NCBI GenBank assembly: GCA_050239825.1
Contig: JBFXGO010000001.1
Span: 78,258-142,257, forward strand
Direction of reading: 5' to 3'
Length of the DNA stretch: 64,000 bases
Origin: a bacterium
GTDB lineage: Bacteria > Hydrothermota > 32-111
The notes under the pieces are model-generated. The model made no database searches. It had not been told where the DNA came from and was given only the letters and a program-made list of their open reading frames with translations. Both the position numbers and the translations under genes were made by a program. Below, in pieces: positions 31,010 to 42,197 of this stretch (the first letter of the stretch is position 1; each line of letters begins with the position of its first letter).

Positions 31010-32728
31010 ATGGAACTCTTCAATATAAGGGACCTGCCTGAAGCTTCGGCAAAAAAATTCGGAAGCAAGATAGCTCTGCAGATAAAATCCGGCTACTCAT
31101 TCTCATCAGTGACTTACGAACAGCTCAACATAAAGACATCACAGCTTGCGGAGTATCTGATGAGCATTGGAATAAAAAAAGGCGACGCCTTTGCTGTATA
31201 TGGAGAGAACAGGCCGGAATGGGCGATAGCATATCTCTCAATAGCCCGCACCGGAGCATACATAATTCCGATAGACTCAATGCTGAAAGAGCAGGAGATA
31301 AAACTTATACTCCATTTCATAGGAGCAAAGGGAATTATTGTCTCTCCCAGATACAATGATATTATAAGGGAAATAAAAGAGGATCTGCCGGAGCTGAAAA
31401 GCGTAATTTCAATGGACGAAGCAAAACATCCCTATGAAATGCCGTTTAATGAAGCTCTTGAAAAGGGGCGGATTCTCATTGAAAATGGTTCATTGAAGCA
31501 CAGAGAAGTTAAAATGGAGCTTGACGACCCTTATGTAATACTCTTCACATCAGGGACCACAGGCCAGTCAAAAGGAGTTATGCTCACCAACAGAAATGTT
31601 TCGCATGACATCGTAAAAGCGACAAAACTCATAGAATTCAGCGAAAGCGACAGATTCATTTCAATGCTACCGCTTCACCACACATTTGAAGCGACAGCGG
31701 GTTTTCTCGTGCCTCTCTTTTCCGGTTGCACAATAACATACGCTCGTTCTTTGAAGCCGGTTGAAATAATTGAGGACATAAAGGATTCCCAGTCAACCAT
31801 AATGCTGGGTGTGCCCCTCCTCTTTGAAAAACTAATATTGGGGATAAAGAGAGCGATAAAAGCCTCTCTTGTTAAATCAACGGTTGTGAACGGAATGCTT
31901 GCAGTTGAAAAAGGCTCAAAATTTCTCTTGGGAGTAAAGCTCGCAGGTCCGATCTTCAAGAGCCTCAGAGACCAGTCGGGATTATCTACAATAAATCTCA
32001 TGATATCGGGCGGCTCTGCATTAAAACCTGAGGTTGCTCAGGCATTTGAGGATTTCGGATTCACTCTCTTTCAGGGTTACGGATTAACCGAGACATCGCC
32101 TATTGTAACAATAAATCCGAGAAATAAATACAAACACGCATCCATAGGGGTGGCTATTGAAGGAGTCGAAGTTGAAATAGATTCTCCAAATGAAAACGGA
32201 GAGGGCGAGATAAAGGTTAAGGGACCAATAGTGATGAAAGGATATTACAATAACAAGACAGCTACGGACGAGGTCATAAAAGACAACTGGTTCTATACAG
32301 GAGATGTCGGTTACAAAGACAAAGAGGGATATTTCTACATCTCCGGCAGGAAGAAGGCGATAATAGTCACGGAGGCTGGGAAGAATGTCTATCCGGAGGA
32401 GCTTGAAGAGAGACTCTGTGAAAGCAACATGATTGAGGAGGCTCTTGTGCTTCCGGTCATAAACAATCAATCGAAGCGCGAGGAGGTGGGAGCCATAATC
32501 TATCCGAATCCGGAGCTTATAGAATCGGTGCTGAAGAAAAACATGAGCGAAGAGGAGAATGAAAAAGAGCTGAGACAAATCATTAAAGAGGTCATCAATT
32601 CTGTCTCCGAAGAGGTCGCGGATTACAAGAGAATCAAGCATTTTGAGTTAAGGTATGAAGAGTTTCCAAAGACAACCACAAAAAAGATCAAGCGCTATCT
32701 TTTTATCAATAAGCATATTAACGGTTAG
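31010..32728 (+). CDS. Long-chain acyl-CoA synthetase (AMP-binding)
   Basis: FTSGTTGQSKG, QGYGLTE, YTGD, GKNVYPEELE. Confidence 0.93.
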   Translation: MELFNIRDLPEASAKKFGSKIALQIKSGYSFSSVTYEQLNIKTSQLAEYLMSIGIKKGDAFAVYGENRPEWAIAYLSIARTGAYIIPIDSMLKEQEIKLILHFIGAKGIIVSPRYNDIIREIKEDLPELKSVISMDEAKHPYEMPFNEALEKGRILIENGSLKHREVKMELDDPYVILFTSGTTGQSKGVMLTNRNVSHDIVKATKLIEFSESDRFISMLPLHHTFEATAGFLVPLFSGCTITYARSLKPVEIIEDIKDSQSTIMLGVPLLFEKLILGIKRAIKASLVKSTVVNGMLAVEKGSKFLLGVKLAGPIFKSLRDQSGLSTINLMISGGSALKPEVAQAFEDFGFTLFQGYGLTETSPIVTINPRNKYKHASIGVAIEGVEVEIDSPNENGEGEIKVKGPIVMKGYYNNKTATDEVIKDNWFYTGDVGYKDKEGYFYISGRKKAIIVTEAGKNVYPEELEERLCESNMIEEALVLPVINNQSKREEVGAIIYPNPELIESVLKKNMSEEENEKELRQIIKEVINSVSEEVADYKRIKHFELRYEEFPKTTTKKIKRYLFINKHING

Positions 32729-33149
32729 CCTCTTTTTGTCAGGCTGCGTTTACTCTTTTGTAAAGGGAACAATCTCTATAAAGGAGTATTATTTGGGTTC
32801 TATTCAAAACAGTTCGCTCAATGCCGAATTACAACCTCTGATTTATGATGCTCTTCAAAAACAGATGCCCCAATATGGCAATATTGAAATTCTTGAAACA
32901 GGGGATGCGAAGGACACTCTATCTGTTGAAATAAAGGAGTATTCAAGAAAGGAGGATGCCTATGACGGGAAAGGCAACATCCTTTCATACAGGTATTCTT
33001 TGTTTGTCGAGTATATTGCCTCAAATAAAAAAATGCTGGTAAGCTCTATAAAAACATTTGATTCCTCTTTAAGCGAAGAAGAGTGCAAGGATTCCATTGC
33101 AAATGAATCTGTAAAAGGATTCATAGATAAATTGAGAGGTGATTTTTGA
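32655..33149 (+). CDS. LptE-like lipoprotein (start uncertain)
   Basis: LSGC-VYSF lipobox and size resemble LptE-family proteins; overlaps the upstream gene. Confidence 0.5.
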   Translation: MKSFQRQPQKRSSAIFLSISILTVSLFLSGCVYSFVKGTISIKEYYLGSIQNSSLNAELQPLIYDALQKQMPQYGNIEILETGDAKDTLSVEIKEYSRKEDAYDGKGNILSYRYSLFVEYIASNKKMLVSSIKTFDSSLSEEECKDSIANESVKGFIDKLRGDF

Positions 33150-33233
33150 ATAAGTGTATGAAAATAAAACACTTGACTTTTAAAAGATTTGTTATAAAAT
33201 CTAAAAACTGAAATAATAACACAAGGGGGAACA

Positions 33234-33521
33234 ATGACTGTAACCAAAGCTGATGTTATTGACATTATAGCGGAGAAGACAGGAGTAATGAGAAAAGATG
33301 TTGAAATGTGCTTTCAGGCACTCATTGATGTAATATCTGAAACTCTTGAAAAAAAAGACAGAATTGAGATAAGAGGACTCGGTGTCTTCAAGACAAAAAA
33401 GAGAAGCAAGAGAATAGCGCGCCATCCTAAGACAGGCGCAAAGGTTGAGGTGCCGGAGAGGTATGTGCCTGCATTTAAACCTTCCAAACTTCTAAAAGAA
33501 AGAATGGAAAAGGTAAAGTAA
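33234..33521 (+). CDS. HU/IHF family DNA-binding protein
   Basis: TKAD, IEIRGLGVF, ARHPKTG, PAFKPSK. Confidence 0.95.
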   Translation: MTVTKADVIDIIAEKTGVMRKDVEMCFQALIDVISETLEKKDRIEIRGLGVFKTKKRSKRIARHPKTGAKVEVPERYVPAFKPSKLLKERMEKVK

Positions 33522-33532
33522 GAAAAATAATA

Positions 33533-33560
33533 AGGTACCGGGTACTAGGTACTGGGTACT
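33533..33560. repeat. Heptamer tandem repeat (RGGTACY)x4
   Basis: aggtacc gggtact aggtact gggtact. Confidence 0.8.
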
Positions 33561-33580
33561 ATAAACACAGGAGGTAAAAA

Positions 33581-33670
33581 GTGCCGTGCGGTAGAAAAAG
33601 AAAGAGAAAAAAGATAGCGACCCACAAGAGGAAGAAGAGAAGAAAAGCAATGCGTCATAAGAAGAAGTAA
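33581..33670 (+). CDS. bS22/AURKAIP1-COX24-type small basic ribosomal protein (29 aa, below the ORF-track cutoff)
   Basis: GGAGG then GTG; MPCGRKRKRKKIATHKRKKRRKAMRHKKK*. Confidence 0.88.
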   Translation: MPCGRKRKRKKIATHKRKKRRKAMRHKKK

Positions 33671-33671
33671 T

Positions 33672-33745
33672 GCACCCGTAGCTCAACTGGACAGAGCGGC
33701 GGATTCCGGTTCCGCAGGTTGAAGGTTCGAATCCTTTCGGGTGTA
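33672..33745 (+). tRNA. tRNA-Arg(CCG)
   Basis: GCACCCGTAGCTCAACTGGACAGAGCG GCGGA TTCCGGT TCCGC...GGTTCGAATCC TTTCGGGTGTA. Confidence 0.93.
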
Positions 33746-33875
33746 AAATAAGGTATTGACTTTTTTATAATTCTGTATAATAATATATAAAAAAGAAGGA
33801 GGAAAAATTAATAAGAGCGGTCTTGTTAAAAAATCAGTTTTCAAAGGAAACATGTTAAACCAAATAGGAGGTACA

Positions 33876-35804
33876 ATGAAAAAAGTATTCGTTGTAACGA
33901 TTCTTTTGGTATTTGCAGTACTATCAGTATTTGCAATGCCCAAAGATGAGGCAGTCAAGAAGTTTGATCTCATGACATCAGTGACACAGGATGGAAAGCT
34001 TCCCGAAATCGCGGCTGTGAAAGACTCATTTGCGCAGGCGGCTGGATTCAAGGGAATTCTATTCCTTGACGGCGATTTCAGAGGATTTGCGCCGACACCT
34101 TCAAACAGTTCGGTCTCATCAAAAGACGGAGATACAATTCAGGTTATCTCAGGTCTTTCAGATCACGGAGACCTTGTGGGAATGCTCGGTGTTTATTACA
34201 CAGTTTCATTTGATGGCGGAGCAACATGGACAGCCCCTCTTCTTATAACCTCAGCAGGTCCATTCTCAAGAAATTACAATGAAATAGCAGTTGCAGACGG
34301 ACAGTATCCTTATGTTTTAGTTAATTACAGAACACCTGCTTACTTTGGCAATTGGTTCACAACAGACCCGCTCGGACCAAACGGCGGCGGATGGACATCA
34401 CCTCTTCTCGTAACAGACACGGCAAACTTTGCGGCTTATATGCCTACAATTTCTGTGAATGCGGCGGGAGACAAGGTCTGCATGCTTGCTTATGATGCAG
34501 TCGGCGGAATAGGTTCGAACTATTCAACAGATTACGGCGCCACATGGTCAACATACGACCTTCCTGCAGAGCTCAATGATTCAATATGGGGACCTGATGT
34601 ATGCGCATCAAGGTGGGGTCAGGGCGATGTAGTTCATGCAATAGTCGGAATGTCATGGTACGATGAAGTTCGTTATGACATTGCAGGAGCAAGCGCGGCA
34701 TTCTATGAAGGATATTCAAAATCAATTGACGGCGGAGCGACATGGTCAGTTCCTATAGGAATTTACAATGGCGAGAGAAGGACAAATATTCCTTCAATCA
34801 ACGGAGATACATTTACCTATTACATAGACACCATTGACAATGAGGCAGTTGATTCAACAGCAGTCTTGGCATACCTTGACGAAGCAACAGGATACTGGGC
34901 AGATGACCAGGGCATCATTGATGGCGGTGCTTTCGGCTTCGGAACATGGTGGTACTGGTGGGATGCAGAGTATTTCGCAGAGGAAGACAGATTCTTCTAC
35001 GCAATACCTATGGCAGACCTCTTCATAGATTATTATGTTTCAGGCGACCTCTACACATACCAGTGGCAGGGTCAGTCAATCCTCTTCGGTTTCAAGGATG
35101 ACGCAGATGCAGAATTTACATACGATTACATTGACATACATGATGCGGCAATCATAGACACATTAGGAGCGTCAGCTACATGGAGAGGAAATGCCTACTC
35201 GGCAAGTGTTACTTATGACAAGGCAGATGGTTCAATCTACATTATATACAATGATTATGTTGACACAACTACAGGAGAGGGTTCTGTTGAAGCATTAAGG
35301 ATAAACAACTTTGAAATACACAGAGCAACACTCTCACTCAATGCGGCTCCATACTCGGTTGAAGCATCGGCATACATCTCAGATGACCACTTTGTGCATG
35401 TAGTAATGGCACCCGGCACACTTGATTCAATCTACTACAAAGCGATTGATGTTACTGATGCAGGACTTGTCTGGGAGTATCTCGGAGTTTCAAGCTATGA
35501 TTCAAAATTTGACGGAGTCAACACAGGCAGAGTTATTGCAAATGCAGAAAACAGCATATTCAGCATGCCGTCAATAGTGAAGAATGACTCAAAGATTTCA
35601 TTCACTCTCAAGTCAAACATGGAAGTCAACATTTCACTCTATGATGTCACGGGAAGAATCGTGAAGAACCTTGCAAACAATTCATTCACAAAGGGAACCC
35701 ACACTATCAACATGAATTCAAATGATTTCAATCAGGGCGTCTATTTTGTGAAAATCAATGCAGGCGACACGAGCGTTTCAAAGAAAGTGATTGTTGTCAA
35801 ATAA
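33876..35804 (+). CDS. Secreted Asp-box/BNR-repeat protein with T9SS type A-like C-terminal sorting domain
   Basis: Signal peptide; SFDGGATW, STDYGATW and SIDGGATW Asp-boxes; C-terminal YDVTGR...GVYFVKI...KKVIVVK. Confidence 0.85.
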   Translation: MKKVFVVTILLVFAVLSVFAMPKDEAVKKFDLMTSVTQDGKLPEIAAVKDSFAQAAGFKGILFLDGDFRGFAPTPSNSSVSSKDGDTIQVISGLSDHGDLVGMLGVYYTVSFDGGATWTAPLLITSAGPFSRNYNEIAVADGQYPYVLVNYRTPAYFGNWFTTDPLGPNGGGWTSPLLVTDTANFAAYMPTISVNAAGDKVCMLAYDAVGGIGSNYSTDYGATWSTYDLPAELNDSIWGPDVCASRWGQGDVVHAIVGMSWYDEVRYDIAGASAAFYEGYSKSIDGGATWSVPIGIYNGERRTNIPSINGDTFTYYIDTIDNEAVDSTAVLAYLDEATGYWADDQGIIDGGAFGFGTWWYWWDAEYFAEEDRFFYAIPMADLFIDYYVSGDLYTYQWQGQSILFGFKDDADAEFTYDYIDIHDAAIIDTLGASATWRGNAYSASVTYDKADGSIYIIYNDYVDTTTGEGSVEALRINNFEIHRATLSLNAAPYSVEASAYISDDHFVHVVMAPGTLDSIYYKAIDVTDAGLVWEYLGVSSYDSKFDGVNTGRVIANAENSIFSMPSIVKNDSKISFTLKSNMEVNISLYDVTGRIVKNLANNSFTKGTHTINMNSNDFNQGVYFVKINAGDTSVSKKVIVVK

Positions 35805-35819
35805 CAGAAGCGCAGTCTT

Positions 35820-35850
35820 AAAAAGGGGAAACTTAGTTTCCCCTTTTTTT
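35820..35850 (+). terminator. Intrinsic terminator
   Basis: AAAAAGGGGAAAC-TTA-GTTTCCCCTTTTTTT. Confidence 0.85.
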
Positions 35851-35878
35851 ATATTCATGATAAAAAAGGAGAGTAGGT

Positions 35879-38800
35879 ATGTTCTTTAAAAGAGGGCTAA
35901 TCTACCTTGCAGTCCTGACTCTGATTTTGGCATTCTCATTTAATGTTTTTGCCGGAGTCACAGGAAAGATTACAGGTAGAGTCATTGACAAACAAACTAA
36001 AGAGGGTATCCCGGGCGTGAACGTGATAGTGCCTGAACTAGGCATTGGAGCGGCCACAGACCTTGACGGATACTACTTTATTTTGAATGTTCCTGTAGGA
36101 GAATATTCCGTACAGGCTCAGATCATTTCATATCAGACGCAGACAAAATCAGGTGTCTCTGTCTCAGCTGATATCAACACTACGGTCAATTTTGACCTTT
36201 CTCTCGGCGCTATCGAGTATGATACTGTGATAGTTGAGGCGAAAGAGTCAAAGATACAGACAAATGTGACTCAGAAAGAGAGAACGATGAATCAGGAACT
36301 GCTCAACGAAGCAGTTTCAAGCAATATCATGGCGGCAGTGGCTAACAATGCCGGAGTAGTCGGGTCAGGCAACAACCTCCATGTTAGGGGCGGCAGAACC
36401 GATGAAGTCGGATACATGGTTGACGGTATGTCAATCGTTGACCCTGTCACAAAGGGTCTCGGAGCCACAATCAACAAAAACGCTGTCTCCGAAGTAAAAT
36501 TCATCTCAGGCGGTTTCAATGCCGAATACGGGGAAGCCATGTCCGGAGTTCTCAACATAGTCACCAGAGAAGGCGCAGGCAAATATGAAGGTACTGTCAA
36601 GTATGAAGGCAATTCTTTCCTTCCGAGCGCCTTCAACTATGGAGATAACAGGATAGAGCTTTCATTGGGCGGACCGATATATAAGGACAAAGCCCGTTTC
36701 TTTTTCTCAGGCGATGTTTACACTACAAATGATTGGAGTCCAATGTTCATTACAACCCCTGATTTCATCTATGTCAATGACAGCAATGACATAGCATTTG
36801 AATACGATCTTTACGATTATGTTTTGAATTATGACAGCACGGGAGCATATCTGGATTCAGTGCCGAGTCATATAACCTACAACGATGATTCTGTGCCGTA
36901 TTTCACATACGACCTTGACACTGTCTTTGATTCCACTGGAGCTATATACGGAATTTATAACAGAGTTATTGTTGATACCGTGTTATGGAACAGGTACGGG
37001 CCCTCATACTGGGAGAATCTCGGTATAGTTGCTCCTCATCACAAGAGGCACGAATATCACGGACAGGCAAAGTTCACATTCAAACCGACCAACAACATCA
37101 AGCTGAATATCGGAGGCTTTGTCTCTCACTCTTCATATCAGCAGTTTAACAATGATTTGAAATATAATCTTGAAAGATTTGTTTCAAGAAATACTGATGG
37201 ATATCAGTTGAATTCAACAATGAACTGGATGTTCAATCAGTCCAATTTCATCACATTGACGGCGAGCTATTTCCACACTCAGACATACCTAGGACCTGAG
37301 TTTGATGATACTATTATTACAACTGTAGGTAAAACTCTGAATCCTCCGGAGACAATCATACCGGAGTGGTATGCAGTGTGGCAGCCATACGGAATAATGG
37401 ATACGACTGCATTCAAGAATCTTCCTTCAATAAATGACAAATGGGCATCCAATTCGCCATGGGGCTGGTGGAATGACCCTCAGCTCATCTATCCCAATTG
37501 GTACGGTTCTGCTTCATACAGGTATTCAAATTACCTTGCATTGAAGGGCGACTGGACAAGCCAGGTGGGAAGATATCATGAAGTCAAATCTGGTATCGAA
37601 TACAAAGCATACGAACTCTATCTATGGGACCTCTATCTGCCCTGGTCTCCGAATCCATTTGCAGACTATTACCATGTCTATCCTCAGCAGATAGCGGCGT
37701 ATGTTCAGGACAAGATGGAGTTTGAGGGAATGGTCGTAAACCTTGGTATCAGGCTTGACTATCTTGATGCAAATACGCCATACTACAGCGATGCGACCAA
37801 CAGAAACTTCCCCCTGTACAAAGACACTGTAATAAATGAAGACACTGTCTTGGTTCCCAATATCGTAAAGCCGGCAACACCGCTTGAAGGCTACACTCAG
37901 GCTGACTGGGACTCTCTTGTTTGGCCCATCTCAATGGCATCAAAGAAGTATAAAGTATCGCCCCGTCTCGGAATATCCCACCCGATTTCCGAAACATCAG
38001 TACTGCATTTCAATTACGGACACTTCTTCCAGACGCCTCAGATGGATTACCTCTTCACAGGACTTGGAATTGATTTCTCAAAGAGAGGCAATTCAAACAT
38101 CGGTTCTCCCAATCTTGAAGCAGAGAGAACCGTCTCCTATGAATTCGGTATAGCAACTCAGGTCGGCGCAGACATGGCTATCGACTTTACAACATACTAT
38201 AAGGACATATATGGACTCATAGGTTCGAGAAAGGTCTATGCACTTCCCAGCGCATACTATGCTCTTCAGAATGTTGAGTATGGAAATGTGAAGGGATTTG
38301 AAGTTGCATTCTCAAAATCTTCAAAGTACTTCTCTACGGATATTGCATACACACTCTCCTTTGCAAAGGGTACTGCATCCGATGCATGGGACGGCTACTA
38401 TGACACATACTCGCAGAGGGACCCTGTAACAGGCGGAGATGTCATAATGCCTAAGATTCCATACTACCTTGATTTTGACCAGAGGCACACAATCAATGTC
38501 GGATTCGTCTTCAGAATGCCTGCAAAGGAGCTTCCTATCTATGCAGACAATTGGACAATTGCTGTTGACAATGCTATAAGCTCAGGCCAGCCCTACACCC
38601 CTGTCAATGAAAAGGGTGTAAAGACCGGAGTTACGAACAGCGAAAGGAAACCCTGGTCATTCAACACAGACATGAAGTTCAGAAAGGGATTTTTGTTCGG
38701 AACATTTGAACCGAATCTATATATTTCTGTCTTCAATGTCTTAAATATAAAGAATGTTGTTGATGTTTATGCTTCAACAGGGCTTCCTGACAGAAATGCC

Positions 38801-39010
38801 GCAATAGGCAGTTACAGCGTGACTGATTTCCCGACAAACCACATTGGTGAGCCCGGGTATGATGTCAGAAGAGACACAAATCAGGACGGAACAGTAACAC
38901 CGCAGGAATACTATGATGTATTCATAGCGGCTTACACTGATTATCTTAATGATCCGACAAATTACTCGACACCGAGAACAGTTACAGTCGGTATTGAGTT
39001 CTCATTCTAA
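35879..39010 (+). CDS. TonB-dependent receptor with N-terminal carboxypeptidase-regulatory-like domain
   Basis: TGKITGRVID, VRGGRTDE, GGFNAEYG, SPRLGISHPI, FNYGHFFQ, C-terminal EFSF. Confidence 0.92.
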   Translation: MFFKRGLIYLAVLTLILAFSFNVFAGVTGKITGRVIDKQTKEGIPGVNVIVPELGIGAATDLDGYYFILNVPVGEYSVQAQIISYQTQTKSGVSVSADINTTVNFDLSLGAIEYDTVIVEAKESKIQTNVTQKERTMNQELLNEAVSSNIMAAVANNAGVVGSGNNLHVRGGRTDEVGYMVDGMSIVDPVTKGLGATINKNAVSEVKFISGGFNAEYGEAMSGVLNIVTREGAGKYEGTVKYEGNSFLPSAFNYGDNRIELSLGGPIYKDKARFFFSGDVYTTNDWSPMFITTPDFIYVNDSNDIAFEYDLYDYVLNYDSTGAYLDSVPSHITYNDDSVPYFTYDLDTVFDSTGAIYGIYNRVIVDTVLWNRYGPSYWENLGIVAPHHKRHEYHGQAKFTFKPTNNIKLNIGGFVSHSSYQQFNNDLKYNLERFVSRNTDGYQLNSTMNWMFNQSNFITLTASYFHTQTYLGPEFDDTIITTVGKTLNPPETIIPEWYAVWQPYGIMDTTAFKNLPSINDKWASNSPWGWWNDPQLIYPNWYGSASYRYSNYLALKGDWTSQVGRYHEVKSGIEYKAYELYLWDLYLPWSPNPFADYYHVYPQQIAAYVQDKMEFEGMVVNLGIRLDYLDANTPYYSDATNRNFPLYKDTVINEDTVLVPNIVKPATPLEGYTQADWDSLVWPISMASKKYKVSPRLGISHPISETSVLHFNYGHFFQTPQMDYLFTGLGIDFSKRGNSNIGSPNLEAERTVSYEFGIATQVGADMAIDFTTYYKDIYGLIGSRKVYALPSAYYALQNVEYGNVKGFEVAFSKSSKYFSTDIAYTLSFAKGTASDAWDGYYDTYSQRDPVTGGDVIMPKIPYYLDFDQRHTINVGFVFRMPAKELPIYADNWTIAVDNAISSGQPYTPVNEKGVKTGVTNSERKPWSFNTDMKFRKGFLFGTFEPNLYISVFNVLNIKNVVDVYASTGLPDRNAAIGSYSVTDFPTNHIGEPGYDVRRDTNQDGTVTPQEYYDVFIAAYTDYLNDPTNYSTPRTVTVGIEFSF

Positions 39011-39027
39011 GGTATGGAGGAATGTTT

Positions 39028-42000
39028 ATGAATAAATTTATGAAGAGATTCCTTATAACCTTCCTCGCACTTGTTCTTGTAATGCCAATTATGGCAAGAA
39101 CAGCAGTTGAAAACGACGGTTCAAGAATAATGGACCAGCAGCTGCTAAACATGAATGAAATGAATATGTACATCTCCAACTTCGGTATTTACGGACAGAA
39201 CAACTGGACAGGAAATTCCGGAGGATGGTGGCCCAGGGCGTATCCTTCAGAGACATACATATTCGGAGCAGGTGTGTGGGTGGGTGCATTGGTTGACACT
39301 GGATTTACAGTTGACGGTACAGACACGACATGGCTTACCGATACTCTTGTAACATGCGGATACGATGCTAATTCGGGAACGACAGAGTTTGTTCCCGGAG
39401 ATATTGATCCGAATGCTCCAGACAGGCCGTCACCATGGACAAATGCATGGGACATTGTTTATGTCTCGACAGAAGAGAATGGCGGACAGCCGTGGCCAAT
39501 AAAGACCACAACAGGCGCAGATTCCGTTGTCTCAATGCAGGATTCATACTGCGAATACAATGACAAAGACTCTGCAGCGCATATAGCTATTGAAAATAAA
39601 CCCCTTGAAATAGAGGTGATGCAGACATCATACGCATGGGTCGGACCTCTAAAGGAGGACATTGTATTCCTGAAGTTCGACATAAGAAATGACAGAACAG
39701 ACGGCGAGGATTTAAAGAAGTGCTTTATAGGCCTTGCGGCAGACAATGACATAGGAAATGAAGCAGATGATGCGGCTAATGACCTTCTCGGTTTCATAGA
39801 CACAATGACTGTCGATTACAATGGAGTTGAAGACACTTTGATGCAGATCAATGTCGGCTATCAATTCCAGCTTGAATCTGAAGCCGGATGGCATGATACC
39901 CCTGGAATAATAGCTTACAAGTATATGCAGTCGCCAATAGCAACTGAGAGAGTTGATTTATATCACGACGAATCAGTAGTCATTGAACCCGGACTTGACA
40001 CTATTTACACTGATTCGACAAGAACGGTCATTGACACAATTCTTCCGAGGCAGATCGGAATGACAACATTCAATTACTTTACGATTGCCACAGACCCTTC
40101 AACAAAACAGGCAAGGTATGTCACTCTTGCCGGCTATGACCATACAGCATTCAATCCTCTCGATCCTGATGTATCATTCAGACCATTCCCTGTATGGGGA
40201 ACAGGAGTAGCGGGATTTCCTGGACAGACACAGGACCCCTCACTTGCCGCTGACAAGCGCTTTGTGATGAGCTCAGGTCCCTTCACACTCTTCAATGATT
40301 CAACTGTAACAGTCATCATAGCAATAATCATGTCAAAAAATTCAGACGAGATGCTTGACAAAATGCTGATAGCGCAGTCAATCTATGACGGCGGATGGCT
40401 CGGTCCGGTTGCTCCGGGACAGGTCAACTTTGACCTTGTCGGTCTTGACAAAAAAGTTCAGATATATTGGGACAATGCACAGGAGCTGAAGGCAGACAAA
40501 TACTACACCATAGTTTCTGACCCGGGTTCACCTTCCTATAACCCTGCTTACAGGGATTTTGACATTGAAGGATACAATATCTATAGGTCAAAGACCGGAG
40601 CAGTGTGGGAACTTTTGGCGAAATATGACAAAATCAATGAATATACAGCAATAGTAATGGATTCGCTTATCTATGTTGACAATCTGACCGGAGCGTGGGA
40701 GACTACATACTACTATGAGACTCTCGGCACAAACACGGGAATACCATACTATTTCGTAGATTCAAATCTTGTCAACGGAGTAACCTATTACTACACAATC
40801 AAGGCGTATGATTTCAATTACAATGACTTTGACACAATCACCCTTGAAGGAAAATCACCCATAATACTTGAAGGAGCAGGCAAGACAAAGGCGGTCGTTC
40901 CGAGAAGTTTGACATCAAATTACACTGCAGGAACCCATAACATAGAGTTCATTTCAGGCAACATTGATACAAATGCAATAGAGATGGACATTGTGCAGGT
41001 TCTTGACACTCTTGTGCAGGATATGGCAAAGGACACATTCACTCTTACCTTCGGACTTGCTGACAGCTCAATCCTCAATACAATGCTTCCCGCATACAAC
41101 TATGTAATTACAAACAAAGCAGGAACAATTGTCGGAGAGGATAAAATTTCAATGGACACTCTATGGAGGTTTGATGAAGAGGCAAATGCCCAGATAAAGG
41201 TAATCTCAAACATTGTAGAGAATGCCAATGCCCACAGCGGTTTTGTATTCAAGATTAATAAGTATGAACTTGATACATTAAACTGGCCTACGGGTGCAAA
41301 CAGCGCTCTTGATGTCAGCATTATCGAAGGCACATACAATGATTCAATACTTAGGGCAGAGATGGCCGCAGCGGGACGCCAGTTCTATCACGCAAGCAAA
41401 CTCTATCGCTTGACTTGGAGTGAGGTGGTTTATTCAACTCTTACAGTTATCGGCACAGATACATTCCTGCCGAATGACACAAATCTCACACTCACAATAC
41501 TTGATGTTGATAACAACATTGAGATACCCTATAACAGCAGAGTTATAGGCGATAACTGGCACTTTAATTATTCAACGACAGCTACACCGGCACAGTGCGG
41601 CCAGTATCTCAATACAACCTCTTTGGCAACAGAAAAAACCGGTATTTACTTCTCCAACATGAAGCTTTCATTCAATTATACAGACAGACCAAGAGCTATA
41701 GTGTGGACCGCCAGACCAAAGGACGGAGATGTGTGGGAAATAGAAATTACACCAAATGACACTACATTGACTTATGTCTATCCTCCTTATAATTCCGTTT
41801 ACAAATTCACGGTTACACCCTCTTCATTCACTGAACTTAATGATTCAATACTTGACAATATTAAGGTTGTGCCGAATCCTTATGTAGTGCGCTCAGAGCT
41901 TGACCTTGATTACAATTACAGAAGGATTCTCTTCACAAATCTTCCGAAGGCCTGCACAATAACAATCTACACTCTTGCGGGAGAGCTTATAAAGACAATA

Positions 42001-42189
42001 GAGCATAATACGGATTATTATGTCTATTCAGGCACGGATTCAACTTTGGTTTATGACAATACCAACGGTTATGCGGAATGGGATGTTTTGACTCAGAATG
42101 ATCAGATACCGGCACCCGGAATCTACATCTATCATATCAATACACCTGCAGGTATAACCAAAATCGGCAAATTTGCTATTATTAAGTAG
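39028..42189 (+). CDS. Large secreted protein with C-terminal sorting domain
   Basis: Signal peptide; fibronectin-like GYNIYRS...GVTYYYTIKAYD; C-terminus IKVVPNPY...FTNLP...GIYIYHI...GKFAIIK. Confidence 0.85.
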   Translation: MNKFMKRFLITFLALVLVMPIMARTAVENDGSRIMDQQLLNMNEMNMYISNFGIYGQNNWTGNSGGWWPRAYPSETYIFGAGVWVGALVDTGFTVDGTDTTWLTDTLVTCGYDANSGTTEFVPGDIDPNAPDRPSPWTNAWDIVYVSTEENGGQPWPIKTTTGADSVVSMQDSYCEYNDKDSAAHIAIENKPLEIEVMQTSYAWVGPLKEDIVFLKFDIRNDRTDGEDLKKCFIGLAADNDIGNEADDAANDLLGFIDTMTVDYNGVEDTLMQINVGYQFQLESEAGWHDTPGIIAYKYMQSPIATERVDLYHDESVVIEPGLDTIYTDSTRTVIDTILPRQIGMTTFNYFTIATDPSTKQARYVTLAGYDHTAFNPLDPDVSFRPFPVWGTGVAGFPGQTQDPSLAADKRFVMSSGPFTLFNDSTVTVIIAIIMSKNSDEMLDKMLIAQSIYDGGWLGPVAPGQVNFDLVGLDKKVQIYWDNAQELKADKYYTIVSDPGSPSYNPAYRDFDIEGYNIYRSKTGAVWELLAKYDKINEYTAIVMDSLIYVDNLTGAWETTYYYETLGTNTGIPYYFVDSNLVNGVTYYYTIKAYDFNYNDFDTITLEGKSPIILEGAGKTKAVVPRSLTSNYTAGTHNIEFISGNIDTNAIEMDIVQVLDTLVQDMAKDTFTLTFGLADSSILNTMLPAYNYVITNKAGTIVGEDKISMDTLWRFDEEANAQIKVISNIVENANAHSGFVFKINKYELDTLNWPTGANSALDVSIIEGTYNDSILRAEMAAAGRQFYHASKLYRLTWSEVVYSTLTVIGTDTFLPNDTNLTLTILDVDNNIEIPYNSRVIGDNWHFNYSTTATPAQCGQYLNTTSLATEKTGIYFSNMKLSFNYTDRPRAIVWTARPKDGDVWEIEITPNDTTLTYVYPPYNSVYKFTVTPSSFTELNDSILDNIKVVPNPYVVRSELDLDYNYRRILFTNLPKACTITIYTLAGELIKTIEHNTDYYVYSGTDSTLVYDNTNGYAEWDVLTQNDQIPAPGIYIYHINTPAGITKIGKFAIIK

Positions 42190-42197
42190 GAGGCAAA